Shown piece after piece: positions 49,967-59,483 of a DNA stretch of 64,000 bases (within the stretch, counting starts at the first letter, position 1; each line of letters opens with the position of its first letter). The notes under the pieces were generated by a model, which ran no database searches, was not told the DNA's origin, and saw only the letters and a list, made by a program, of their open reading frames with translations. The position numbers and the translations under genes are program-made. The stretch is taken from the NCBI GenBank assembly GCA_965198235.1, contig OZ240248.1, positions 4,384,001-4,448,000 on the forward strand, read 5' to 3'. The DNA is from Candidatus Poribacteria bacterium. Lineage in GTDB: Bacteria; Poribacteria; WGA-4E; WGA-3G.

Positions 49967-50236
49967 GTTGGGTTGAACGGAACTGAAAAGTCCAATGCCG
50001 ACACCTCAAACACGTCTCAAACATAATAGCAGTTATATGCTATCAAAGACATAGTAAAACCCAACTTTATACCCTCATCTCCAAGCAACTCCACCGGAAA
50101 AGCGTTGGGTTTCACTCGGTCTTTCTGTGATAGAGGTCGTATGGAGCAAATATCGACTTTCTTTGAGTTGCTGACGTTTTGGTTCCGCCCGTTCAACCCA
50201 ACCTACGATGAAATATTTTCTTAAATTGACATATAT
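49943..50236. mobile_element. MITE carrying a REP doublet, flanked by a 22-bp direct repeat
   Basis: GGTGTTGCAAGAAAAAAGCACC at 49921-49942 and 50237-50258; imperfect TIR with GTCAATTTA core. Confidence 0.75.
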
Positions 50237-50408
50237 GGTGTTGCAAGAAAAAAGCACCTACCACACATAACGTGATAGGTGCTATGGAAACAGAGACTGC
50301 AATAGGTTAAGCGAAGTCCCTATTTGTCTCTACTTTTGGGAGGTTACAAAGCGTCTAAGAAGTCCTCAAGAAGACCTTTATAATTTATAACGCAAGTTTC
50401 CATCTATT

Positions 50409-50485
50409 TATAGACATAGCACCCCTACGGGGTGCGATTGCTCGTGTGGCCATTTTCTATAGACATAGCACCCCTACAGGGTGGG
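50409..50485. repeat. Tandem REP-like repeat TATAGACATAGCACCCCTAC(G/A)GGGTG
   Basis: Two copies, 49-bp period. Confidence 0.8.
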
Positions 50486-50561
50486 GAAAGTGCCTAAAGA
50501 ACCTTAATGCTCTAATTCCATTTTTTAAAAAAGTGGGCATTCATACAGCCAGTTTATTTTC

Positions 50562-50635
50562 CTACTTCTTATCTTTACCCTCGTCAACGACTTCGCTATC
50601 GGCAGATTTAGTAGTACCTACATCCATCTGTTCTG
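50562..50635 (-). pseudogene. Remnant copy of a dnaK 3' end
   Basis: Encodes ...SADSEVVDEGKDKK*, versus DnaK ...[14 protein letters not shown]; 16-bp identity CCTCGTCAACGACTTC (50579 and 51985). Confidence 0.6.
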
Positions 50636-50638
50636 ATT

Positions 50639-51244
50639 TTACGCCTTCTGTGCGACCATACTGGAGAGGATGCCAAGAACTTTGTCGCACTGCGCGATTT
50701 GGTAGGTCGTCATATCGATATGCAGGCACTTTTCTCCCAATCTGAGGAATTGCCAATCTATACCTGTCGTAGAGGCACCATAAACGTAAGAGATATTATT
50801 CCCTTTTTCTTCATTAAAACGCTGGGCGGCGAGCATCTCGGCGACACATTGTCCGAGTCCAAGTTTCACGTCCGTATTTTTTGCTTCGACAAGAATAATG
50901 ACAGGTGCTTCCACATAAAATTGGTTCGACGACAGACTTACCAAAAAATCGCACACTCCGGTCAAGCCGCTTTCAGGATCAACGCTGAACTCAATCCCAG
51001 AAAATAAGCTGATGCGGCGATCTAAGTGTTCAAGAAGGTCAACGAGCACATCGGCGACAATCATTTCTGAACGTGCTTTCTCTGTACCGATAGCAGTGGC
51101 TAATGGTGCCTTCTTCGCTAATCCCGTCGTGAGATACTCACTTGGGGTCACTGGTTCCACTTCAGAAAAGAGTCCCGCGGTGTCAACCTTTTCAAGTTGA
51201 AACGTTGACACTACCGATTCTAAAGTAAATTCACTGTAAGCCAT
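50639..51244 (-). CDS. PD-(D/E)XK nuclease-fold protein (MAYSEFTL family), paralog 2
   Basis: EKARSE, GVCDFL, LVEAKN, GQCVAEM; GGAG RBS before ATG 51244. Confidence 0.8.
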   Translation of the reverse strand: MAYSEFTLESVVSTFQLEKVDTAGLFSEVEPVTPSEYLTTGLAKKAPLATAIGTEKARSEMIVADVLVDLLEHLDRRISLFSGIEFSVDPESGLTGVCDFLVSLSSNQFYVEAPVIILVEAKNTDVKLGLGQCVAEMLAAQRFNEEKGNNISYVYGASTTGIDWQFLRLGEKCLHIDMTTYQIAQCDKVLGILSSMVAQKA

Positions 51245-51275
51245 TGAGTCTCCTCCATGGAACCACAGGATCCGT

Positions 51276-51881
51276 TTACGCTTTTTGTGCGGCCATACTG
51301 GAGAGGATGCCGAGGATCTTGTCGCACCGCTCAATCGTGTAGGTCGTCATATCAATGTGCAGACAGTTTCCCTCCAACTTGAGGAATTGCCAGTCGATCC
51401 CTGTCGTAGAAGCTCCATAAACACAAGAGATGTCATTTCCTTTCTCAGAATTAAAACGTTGGGCTGCGATCATCTCCGCTATACACTGCCCAAGTCCAAG
51501 TTTTATGTCAGCGTTTTTCGCCTCAACAAGGATGACAATAGGTACCTCCAAATAAAATTGATTTGGCGACAGACTTATTAAAAAATCACACACACCGGTC
51601 AAGCCATCTTCGGCATTAACGCTGAAGTCAATTCCAGAAAAGAAACTAATACGGCGATCGAAGTGCTCAAGGAGTTCAACGAGCACATCAGCGACAATCA
51701 ATTCCGATCGTGCTTTTTCGGTGCTGATAGCGGTAGCTAATGATGCTTTTTTTGCTAATGCTGTAGTGAGATGCGCACTGGGCATCACCGTTTCTACTTC
51801 AGAAAAGAGCCCTATGATATCAACCTTTTCGAGTTGAAACGTTGGCACTACCGATTCTAAGGTAAACTCACTATAAGCCAT
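51276..51881 (-). CDS. PD-(D/E)XK nuclease-fold protein, paralog 1
   Basis: Same motifs and same length (201 aa), collinear with 50639-51244. Confidence 0.8.
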   Translation of the reverse strand: MAYSEFTLESVVPTFQLEKVDIIGLFSEVETVMPSAHLTTALAKKASLATAISTEKARSELIVADVLVELLEHFDRRISFFSGIDFSVNAEDGLTGVCDFLISLSPNQFYLEVPIVILVEAKNADIKLGLGQCIAEMIAAQRFNSEKGNDISCVYGASTTGIDWQFLKLEGNCLHIDMTTYTIERCDKILGILSSMAAQKA

Positions 51882-51967
51882 TGATCGAACCTCCCCTATA
51901 GCACTAGACGATTACTAAGGAACAACTGCATCTTAACACTACTGTAACGGCACACGGCGTGTGCCTA

Positions 51968-53896
51968 CTACCGTTTTTTCTCGTCCTCGTCAACGACTTC
52001 ATATTCAGCGTCAACGACATCACTGTCAGGGGCATCAGTCGTCGCGTCAGCCGCAGATGGGTCTCCTGCAGCAGCTCCGGGATCCACATCGGCTGTCTGC
52101 TGATACATCTGCGCGGAAACCTCATGCCAGACCTGTGTTAATTCCTCCGTCGTGGATTGGATCTCTGCATGGTTGTCCGCTTCTAATGCCTGCTTGACAC
52201 GGGCAACAGCAGCGTTCACTTTCTCCTTGGAAGCATCGTCTACCTTGTCACCGAACTCATTCAGGTTCTTCTCAGTCTCGTAAACCATAGAATCGGCGCG
52301 GTTGCGAGTCTCAACTTCCTCCCGTTTCTGCTTATCCTCTTCGGAGTGTGCTTCGGCATCTTTCACCATCTGATCGATCTCGGCATCGGTAAGCCCAGAA
52401 GACGCGGTAATGGTAATCTTCTGCTCTTTACCGGTTGCGGTATCCTTAGCAGACACGTTGAGGATGCCATTTGCGTCAATATCAAACGTCACTTCAATCT
52501 GTGGTATGCCTCTCGGTGCCGGAGGTAACTCGCTCAAACGAAAACGTCCGATGGTTTTGTTGTAAACCGCTTGCTCCCGTTCACCCTGGAGGACATGCAC
52601 ATCGACAGATGTCTGATTATTCGCAGATGTCGTGAATATATTTGATTTCTTCGTAGGAATTGTTGTATTCCTGTCAATCAACCGCGTGAACATTCCGCCA
52701 AGCGTCTCAATCCCAAGTGAGAGCGGTGTGACATCCAACAAAAGAATATCTTTGACTTCTTCGTCTCCAGCAAGCACGCCCCCTTGGATTGCCGCACCGA
52801 TTGCGACGACTTCATCCGGATTGACACCCTTGTGTGGTTCTTTACCGAAGAGTTGCTGTACGGCTTCTTGAACCTTAGGCATACGTGTCTGTCCACCGAC
52901 GAGAATGATTTCATCAATACCGGAGGCTTGCATTTCAGCGTCCGCAAGGGCTTGTCGACAAGGCTCAAGCGACCGTTGGATCAGGTCATCTGTGATTTGC
53001 TCGAGTTTTGGGCGAGTAAGCGTCAAGTTAAGGTGCTTCGGTCCGCTGGCATCGCTGGTAATAAAAGGCAGATTAATATCAGCCTGTTGCGTGCTGGAAA
53101 GCTCACACTTCGCTGTTTCTGCCGCCTCCTTCAGGCGTTGCAGAGACATCTGATCGTTGCGGAGATCGATCCCTTGGCTACTCAGGAATTCTTGTGCCAT
53201 CCAGTCAATAACCGCTTGATCAAAGTCATCACCACCGAGGTGCGTATCACCGTTGGTACTTTTCACCTCAAAAACGCCATCCCCGATTTCCAGGATAGAG
53301 ATGTCAAACGTGCCACCTCCGAGGTCATAGACCGCAATCTTCTTATCGCCTTCACTCTGCAATCCGTAAGCGAGGGACGCGGCAGTCGGTTCGTTGATAA
53401 TCCGCTCAACTTCTAACCCTGCGATTCTACCTGCATCGGCTGTCGCCTGACGTTGGGCATCGTTGAAGTAGGCAGGAACGGTAATAACCGCTTTCGTGAC
53501 CTCCTCTCCGAGGTATGCCTCGGCGGTTTCTTTCATCTTCCGCAAAACCATAGCGGAAATTTCGGGTGGCGAGTAATCCTTGCCATCAATATTTACAGCG
53601 ACATCGCCCTCTCTATCTGCTTTTAATTCATAAGGCACGCGGGAGGAATCGTCACCAATCTCGTTATATTTCCTTCCCATAAACCTTTTAATCGAAAAGA
53701 TTGTATTTTGTGGGTTCGTGATAGCTTGTCTTTTTGCAACCAATCCAACAGGGCGCTCACCGTCGCTGGTGAAACCAACAATCGAGGGGGTCGTCCGGTT
53801 TCCCTCAGTGTTTTCAATCACCTTGGCATCGCCGCTCTCTAAAACAGCCACACATGAATTTGTCGTACCTAAATCTATTCCAATGACTTTGCTCAT
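51968..53896 (-). CDS. dnaK: Chaperone DnaK
   Basis: [17 protein letters not shown], full-length Hsp70. Confidence 0.98.
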   Translation of the reverse strand: MSKVIGIDLGTTNSCVAVLESGDAKVIENTEGNRTTPSIVGFTSDGERPVGLVAKRQAITNPQNTIFSIKRFMGRKYNEIGDDSSRVPYELKADREGDVAVNIDGKDYSPPEISAMVLRKMKETAEAYLGEEVTKAVITVPAYFNDAQRQATADAGRIAGLEVERIINEPTAASLAYGLQSEGDKKIAVYDLGGGTFDISILEIGDGVFEVKSTNGDTHLGGDDFDQAVIDWMAQEFLSSQGIDLRNDQMSLQRLKEAAETAKCELSSTQQADINLPFITSDASGPKHLNLTLTRPKLEQITDDLIQRSLEPCRQALADAEMQASGIDEIILVGGQTRMPKVQEAVQQLFGKEPHKGVNPDEVVAIGAAIQGGVLAGDEEVKDILLLDVTPLSLGIETLGGMFTRLIDRNTTIPTKKSNIFTTSANNQTSVDVHVLQGEREQAVYNKTIGRFRLSELPPAPRGIPQIEVTFDIDANGILNVSAKDTATGKEQKITITASSGLTDAEIDQMVKDAEAHSEEDKQKREEVETRNRADSMVYETEKNLNEFGDKVDDASKEKVNAAVARVKQALEADNHAEIQSTTEELTQVWHEVSAQMYQQTADVDPGAAAGDPSAADATTDAPDSDVVDAEYEVVDEDEKKR

Positions 53897-54055
53897 TTCT
53901 GATTTGTCTCCTTTGTATCAATAGTTTCAAGGTAGGCACATCGCGCTTACAATGCGCCCACCAATAAAATAAAGAAATTCCTTTTGTGCTTCGCCACCAC
54001 CGCACCTTTACTTCAGAAAATAGGTCTGCAACATCTTCCTATTTACCGAATAGTG

Positions 54056-54072
54056 TGCAATATTTGTGCCAA
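54056..54072 (-). promoter_or_regulatory. Sigma-54 promoter of dnaK
   Basis: TTGGCAC-AAATA-TTGCA; upstream palindromes TGCCAAATTGGCA (54113) and GTCAATTTGAC (54154). Confidence 0.75.
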
Positions 54073-54154
54073 TAGCAATTGATGGAAATAGCGGAAATTC
54101 CCGCTGATTGTCTGCCAAATTGGCACAGTCTTAAAAGGGTTATGATTGCATCTG

Positions 54155-54997
54155 TCAATTTGACCCATCGCGCATGTCATACCTCTGTTTGAGAAGCCCC
54201 CATGTTGTCGGCAATTTTTCATCTGGCTCAACAGCCAAAATCTCTTGAATACTACCCTGAATTTCTTTAACCTCATCTTGTGAAAGCCCACGGTTAAAGA
54301 GTGCAAACTCATCAATAACACCGTTATAGTAGCGATTGAGAGCCGGAGGATCCTCCCTACCGAGCAGGAGCGGTGCATCAATCGGCACCAGTTCATTGCC
54401 ATTCTTCGGGTAATCTATCAGGACCTCGCCATCAAGATAGACGGTCCACCACTCCCCACTCTGGAATGAAACGGCGACGTGCTGCCATTTGTCTTTAACG
54501 ACATCGCGAGGGCTTTGTGCGGGAACAACGCGCCCACCTGTCAGCTTCCAGCCCATCCATATAAAACCGTCAGGATGGAGCAGCACCTCAAAGAATTCCT
54601 GCACGTCAGGTCCCTTCGCCGCTATCAGTTGCCATGTGCCGGGTCCCGCCTTCAAAGTGGGCAGAATCCAAGCGGCAATCGTAATTCCATCGGTAAACTC
54701 AAACGCATCGGAATGTTCTACGCTAACGATCCCATTTTTCCCGCCGAAATTCACAGCTTTCCCGAATTTACCATCCGTCCACGACGTATCTCCCTCCAAT
54801 TTCCCATCTTGCCCGTTACCAGAGAGATCCGCAACGGTTTTACCAGCACCCTCTTCAAAAGCAAAATAGACGACCAAACCCTCAAGTTCCGCGGCTGTGC
54901 CGACACTTTGTAAACTCACTGCCAGATACACAACACACAAGCAAATCATTCTTACATACGAGGCTTTGGTTTGCAAGTTACGCCAAAAGTTACGCAT
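54155..54997 (-). CDS. Secreted LamG/concanavalin A-like domain protein
   Basis: Signal peptide, DLSGNG, GKFG, WQHVAV, GVIDE..FNRGLS; C-terminal AVEPDEKLPTTWGLLK. Confidence 0.85.
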   Translation of the reverse strand: MRNFWRNLQTKASYVRMICLCVVYLAVSLQSVGTAAELEGLVVYFAFEEGAGKTVADLSGNGQDGKLEGDTSWTDGKFGKAVNFGGKNGIVSVEHSDAFEFTDGITIAAWILPTLKAGPGTWQLIAAKGPDVQEFFEVLLHPDGFIWMGWKLTGGRVVPAQSPRDVVKDKWQHVAVSFQSGEWWTVYLDGEVLIDYPKNGNELVPIDAPLLLGREDPPALNRYYNGVIDEFALFNRGLSQDEVKEIQGSIQEILAVEPDEKLPTTWGLLKQRYDMRDGSN

Positions 54998-55085
54998 GAG
55001 TATCCTCCATTTTCGTTGGGTTAGTTCGTTAAACGATACAGGCGGATGTCAAGAACACCCGCCCGTGAAACACTTACATATATCT

Positions 55086-55808
55086 CTAAACAAACGGGAA
55101 TGTCCCTTGATACCCGCGTGGACGAGAGACATGCCAAACGCCTTCATACATCGGTGTCACCTGATAATGACACACGACATTGCTCCGCTCCATATCGTCC
55201 CGCTCTTTGGCACCTTGATGCGGGATGTGATTGATAAACACGACACAATCGCCCGCCTTCGGATACAGGATAACATGTTCTTGTGCGTCACACCACGCCT
55301 CGAATTTAGGACGATCTAATGGATAGAGGTACGGCGGCTCTGTCAGATGACCGCCTTTGATAAACTTGAGATGTCCCTCACCCGGGTCGTTGTCTTGGAA
55401 ATAGTAGGTGGTGTTAATCCCGGCGGGTGCCATTGCAAACGGATGTTCTTCAACATACCGCTTTTCCTGCCAATAGCCGTAAAAATCCATGTGCCATTCT
55501 TGGAGATAAGGACCCGGATTGATGTGCGCCCGTAGACTCCGCAACTGGCACTGTTTGCCCATCAATCCCTCAAGATACGGACGGACACTCGAATGCCCGA
55601 CAAGTGACTCATACGTATCGGGTTCCCGATCCAGGAGGGTATCGAACCACATGTTGCCGACGGCGTTCAAGCCTTCCTCCCATCCCATTTTACGTGCATA
55701 ATTGATGCGCTGACGGATATGCGCTGTCTCATCTGGTGACAACGCGCCCTCTATCAAAACGAAACCTTGCTGTTGCAGTTTCTCGAGTTCATCTTTGATG
55801 TCTGCCAT
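55086..55808 (-). CDS. PhyH family dioxygenase
   Basis: WHMD, GGH, AGDCVVF...H. Confidence 0.85.
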   Translation of the reverse strand: MADIKDELEKLQQQGFVLIEGALSPDETAHIRQRINYARKMGWEEGLNAVGNMWFDTLLDREPDTYESLVGHSSVRPYLEGLMGKQCQLRSLRAHINPGPYLQEWHMDFYGYWQEKRYVEEHPFAMAPAGINTTYYFQDNDPGEGHLKFIKGGHLTEPPYLYPLDRPKFEAWCDAQEHVILYPKAGDCVVFINHIPHQGAKERDDMERSNVVCHYQVTPMYEGVWHVSRPRGYQGTFPFV

Positions 55809-55882
55809 TGTCTCATCTCCTTTTGAAGATTTAAAGTTGCTGACGGTATTCTATACACTTATGCGACAGGTGTCAACCTTAA

Positions 55883-55975
55883 TAGGACTTACGCAATTTT
55901 TTTACGAGTCGCTGCTGCCATGTGCTGCTGGCGAGGTTTCAAACCTCGCCAGCAGAGGAAGCTGCGTAAGTCCTG
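55883..55975. mobile_element. MITE, TIR TAGGACTTACGCA, 5-bp TSD CTTAA
   Basis: Same TIRs as 4844-4967, different internal hairpin. Confidence 0.8.
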
Positions 55976-55976
55976 C

Positions 55977-57461
55977 TTAATTGCCAACGAACAGTTTGGC
56001 GAACAAACCCCAGCCGCTTATCCCGGCAAATATAATAAGTACAGCCGCGGAAATCAGAGCACCGACGAACATGAACGGACGCGTCCGATAAGCAGTGGGC
56101 AGCTTCGCATTGAGATACAGGGCTGCGAGCATCATCAATGCGATTGAAAAATTCGCCAAAATAAAGCCAGCAATCTGTGTCAAAATGTCAAACGGGATGT
56201 TCAACCAAATTAGCACGATCGTCGTAAGAAAAATATAGAGACAGACCCACCTGCGAAGTGTGTCGTAACTCCATTCGCGTTGGGGCCAGATCGCTTGAAA
56301 GAACTCTTGCATCACCCGTGCATAAATCTCTGGGAGTGCCTGTAGCGTTCCCCACAGCGCAACGATGATACAGATGTAGTACACCCATACCAGTGAGGCA
56401 TGAATATTTTTCCAGACACTCGCTTGATCGGTCAGCAGGCTCCATCCCTCAAAAGTGCTTTGCATTCCATACAGGACAGCCGCACCCGAGATCATGAACG
56501 CGCCCGTCACGATAAAGAGTACGATCGCGCCCATGCCGATATCCCACCGAAGCGGGGCAAGGATTTGCCGGAGTTGGCTAACCTGTTCAGGTTGTTCAGG
56601 AAGATAATCGACTTTATTACGGTTGGCGGCGCGCTGACGGATAGCCCCAATGTTTCGATGTGCTGTCATCCCCCAACGGTGGAGGCTCACCCAATTCGCG
56701 TAGACGACATACCCCATTACAGAGCCACCGACGTAACCAAACGCAGTCGCCATTGTCAATAAAGGGTTTTCAACCGCATCTTTGGGTGCCCATTCAGGGA
56801 ATTCAGGCACATATCCAAAACGGAGACTCCCAACGAGTGCTTTGCCAAAGTCAGGACGCACCATCAGCGTGCCAATAACCGTTCCGAGAACCAGAATCAG
56901 ACAGATAATGAGTTGCTGTTTCTCCAGTCTTTCAAAGGAGATACGTAAACCGAAAAGGAGTGCGAGGGTGATGAAGCAGGACGTGATTAGGTTTTCCCAA
57001 ATGGGCTGTGAGACCCCTGCAGGCAGTGTGTCTTTCAACAGAAAATGGAGCAGTGCACCGCACGGTTTGCCGATCGGCACCCATGCCAAAGGCGCGCCTA
57101 TCATCTCAAAGAGGACAATCGCAATGAGGAGCCATCCCCGCGGTCCAGGTAGCTTGACAAGCCGCTCTCCGATATATTCACCGCTAACCGCGGTATAACG
57201 TCCGAGTAGGTAGGTGACGAAGATGCCCTTTACGACGCAGCTGAGGAGCACAAGCCAGAGCAAGTTATATCCTGCCCACGCCCCTGCCCGGACGACAACA
57301 ATCGTTTCGCCCGCCCCGATACTCACTGAAGCAACAATCGCCGCGGGTCCAAACACCGATGCAAGCGCAATAATCTTTTTTAGTGACCACGGTTCGGTAT
57401 AAGGACCGGTGACGGGTGGAAGGTCAACAGGTTCAGTCGTTTGTGTCTCTTCTGTTTGCAT
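55977..57461 (-). CDS. Nramp-like (APC superfamily) transporter
   Basis: GPAAIVASVSIGAGE, GRYTAVSGE, about 11 TM helices. Confidence 0.8.
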   Translation of the reverse strand: MQTEETQTTEPVDLPPVTGPYTEPWSLKKIIALASVFGPAAIVASVSIGAGETIVVVRAGAWAGYNLLWLVLLSCVVKGIFVTYLLGRYTAVSGEYIGERLVKLPGPRGWLLIAIVLFEMIGAPLAWVPIGKPCGALLHFLLKDTLPAGVSQPIWENLITSCFITLALLFGLRISFERLEKQQLIICLILVLGTVIGTLMVRPDFGKALVGSLRFGYVPEFPEWAPKDAVENPLLTMATAFGYVGGSVMGYVVYANWVSLHRWGMTAHRNIGAIRQRAANRNKVDYLPEQPEQVSQLRQILAPLRWDIGMGAIVLFIVTGAFMISGAAVLYGMQSTFEGWSLLTDQASVWKNIHASLVWVYYICIIVALWGTLQALPEIYARVMQEFFQAIWPQREWSYDTLRRWVCLYIFLTTIVLIWLNIPFDILTQIAGFILANFSIALMMLAALYLNAKLPTAYRTRPFMFVGALISAAVLIIFAGISGWGLFAKLFVGN

Positions 57462-57524
57462 AGAAGGTTCCCTATAACAACGAGCGGGCTTCTTTCGAAG
57501 CCCGCTCAATGCTACGTTATACGC

Positions 57525-58259
57525 TTATTCTTCTTCTAAAGGTTCTAAGGGTTGTGCATTCCCAAAGACAGGGGTCGGCGCATTACCGGGTGCTGCCCAT
57601 CGAGCGGCATTCGCAATAACATTCCGAACGTTTTCGTCGTAATAGATTGGGTATGTCTCATGACCGGGACGAAAATAGAAGATTTTTCCTCTGCCCCGAT
57701 AATAACAACATCCACTTCGGAAAACTTCACCGCCCGGGAACCAACTGACGAAGATAAGTGTATCGGGTTCAGGAATATCAAACGGCTCGCCGTACATCTC
57801 AGCGTGCTCAATTTCAAAGTATTCGCCTAAGCCTTCAACAATCGGGTGCCCGTGCTCAATCACCCAGAGGCGTTCCTTTTCACCCGCTTCACGCCATTTG
57901 AGGCTACACGATGTGCCCATCAAACCGGTAAAAGGTTTAGAATAGTGAGCGGAGTGCAGGACAATAAGTCCCATGCCATCCAACACACGTGCGCGAACCT
58001 TAGCGGCGATTGCGTCCTCAACAGCATTGTGCGCCGCGTGTCCCCACCAAATCAAGACATCGGTGTTTGAGAGGACATCGTCGGTCAAGCCGTGTTCGGG
58101 TTCATCCAGAGTTGCACTCCGAACCTTAAAACCGCCAACTTTGTCGAGTCCATCGGCAATTGCGGCATGAATGCCATTCGGATAGATACCGCGAATGAAC
58201 TCGTTTGTTTTTTCATGTCTAAATTCATTCCAGACTGTAACCTGAATTGGTTGCGTCAT
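57525..58259 (-). CDS. ThuA domain protein
   Basis: [28 protein letters not shown]. Confidence 0.9.
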   Translation of the reverse strand: MTQPIQVTVWNEFRHEKTNEFIRGIYPNGIHAAIADGLDKVGGFKVRSATLDEPEHGLTDDVLSNTDVLIWWGHAAHNAVEDAIAAKVRARVLDGMGLIVLHSAHYSKPFTGLMGTSCSLKWREAGEKERLWVIEHGHPIVEGLGEYFEIEHAEMYGEPFDIPEPDTLIFVSWFPGGEVFRSGCCYYRGRGKIFYFRPGHETYPIYYDENVRNVIANAARWAAPGNAPTPVFGNAQPLEPLEEE

Positions 58260-58503
58260 AAGTTTCTCCTTAATTGTCTAATAACAGAAATATGTCAAAA
58301 ACCTCTGCTGAGATTTTCGTTTTCAATTACACTGTAAAAAAACAGTTGAAGTTTACACAAACTACATTCAAACCCCAGCCGAAATAGAACTGGCTTCAAC
58401 GATTGTGGGATTTCGTCGTTCTTGATGATGAGTCGCCCTTTCTGTTCCCTGAAGGTCGCACCTTGATAGGTTGCTGGTGCGGGTGTATCCGGTGGTTCGG
58501 GGG

Positions 58504-59118
58504 CTACTGGCTCTGGTCTATCGCTTGTTGGCGTGCGTTCTGGAGTGCCTGCCATGTCTCCTTGAGTTCGTCCCAGTTCATCTGTTTCAATGTCTTCTCG
58601 TCCATCCGTCGCCACTCTATCCCCTCGCTCGCTTGCATCATCTCGTTGCTCTGGAGTTCGAGTATCGCGTCCTGGAGGTCCTGCTTCTGGAGTTCGTGTC
58701 CCCATTCCCTCGGTGTCAACGGACGTAGATTGTGTGGTTTCTTAGGATCTATGCTTTCTCTTGGTGCAACCTGATAATTCTCATCTGCGTGAGACAGACT
58801 GGAATTTGTATCCTTCAGAGGTTCAATCGATAGTCGGCACCCAAGCGCGGCGAGAAGGGTGCTGAGCATATCAATTCGAGGCATTTCCTTACCTGATAGC
58901 ATGTCTAAAAGAGCCTGAGGTTCAGTACAGGTTCGCTTCGCGAGTGCAGCAATCCCATCCTGTGATTCCACAACAGTCCGAAGGGCAACCAAAAATAAAT
59001 GAGCATCTCTATCAACTTGATATTCCTCGATCGCCACGTCAAGATAGTCAATCGCCCTTTCATGGTCAGCAGCCAGTTTCTCAATTAGGTACTCGCGCCA
59101 CGTTTGATATTCGCTCAT
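58504..59118 (-). CDS. Addiction-module antidote (HigA-like HTH antitoxin) with an apparently foreign C-terminal extension
   Basis: YL..A.E...FLVALR.VVESQDGIAALA...LS...P; downstream of the toxin. Confidence 0.75.
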   Translation of the reverse strand: MSEYQTWREYLIEKLAADHERAIDYLDVAIEEYQVDRDAHLFLVALRTVVESQDGIAALAKRTCTEPQALLDMLSGKEMPRIDMLSTLLAALGCRLSIEPLKDTNSSLSHADENYQVAPRESIDPKKPHNLRPLTPREWGHELQKQDLQDAILELQSNEMMQASEGIEWRRMDEKTLKQMNWDELKETWQALQNARQQAIDQSQ

Positions 59119-59471
59119 CGGTGTGTTTCCTTATATTGCAACCAATAGTCCTTCGCACGTTCAATATCCCGCGTTTGTGATGACTTGTCGCCAGCACAGA
59201 GTAGAAGAACAATTGTGTTATCAACTTCACCAAAATAGATACGATAGCCTGCCCCAAAGTGAAGGCGCAGTTCAAACACACCTTCGCCCACAGGGTGGCA
59301 ATCACCGAAGTTACCTGTTTCAAGACGGTCAAGTCGTGCTTGAATTCTGCTTTGTGTTCTTTTGTCTTGAATTGATTCCAACCATTCAGCGAAAGGACTA
59401 CTGCTATTCGGCACTCGATAGATTTGTAGCCTTCTCGGATGCACATGACGCACTAAAGTTTTGACCTCCAC
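59115..59471 (-). CDS. RelE/ParE-family addiction-module killer toxin
   Basis: RLETGNFGD...VGEGVFELRLHFGAGYRIYF...GDKSSQ; start may be later. Confidence 0.88.
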   Translation of the reverse strand: MEVKTLVRHVHPRRLQIYRVPNSSSPFAEWLESIQDKRTQSRIQARLDRLETGNFGDCHPVGEGVFELRLHFGAGYRIYFGEVDNTIVLLLCAGDKSSQTRDIERAKDYWLQYKETHR

Positions 59472-59483
59472 AGCCTACTATTC

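Noticed and set aside
52346-53416. Long antisense ORFs over dnaK (and similar ones over other genes)
   Set aside because: Shadow ORFs caused by codon bias of the sense gene.
54100-54130. CIRCE element before dnaK
   Set aside because: It does not match TTAGCACTC-N9-GAGTGCTAA.
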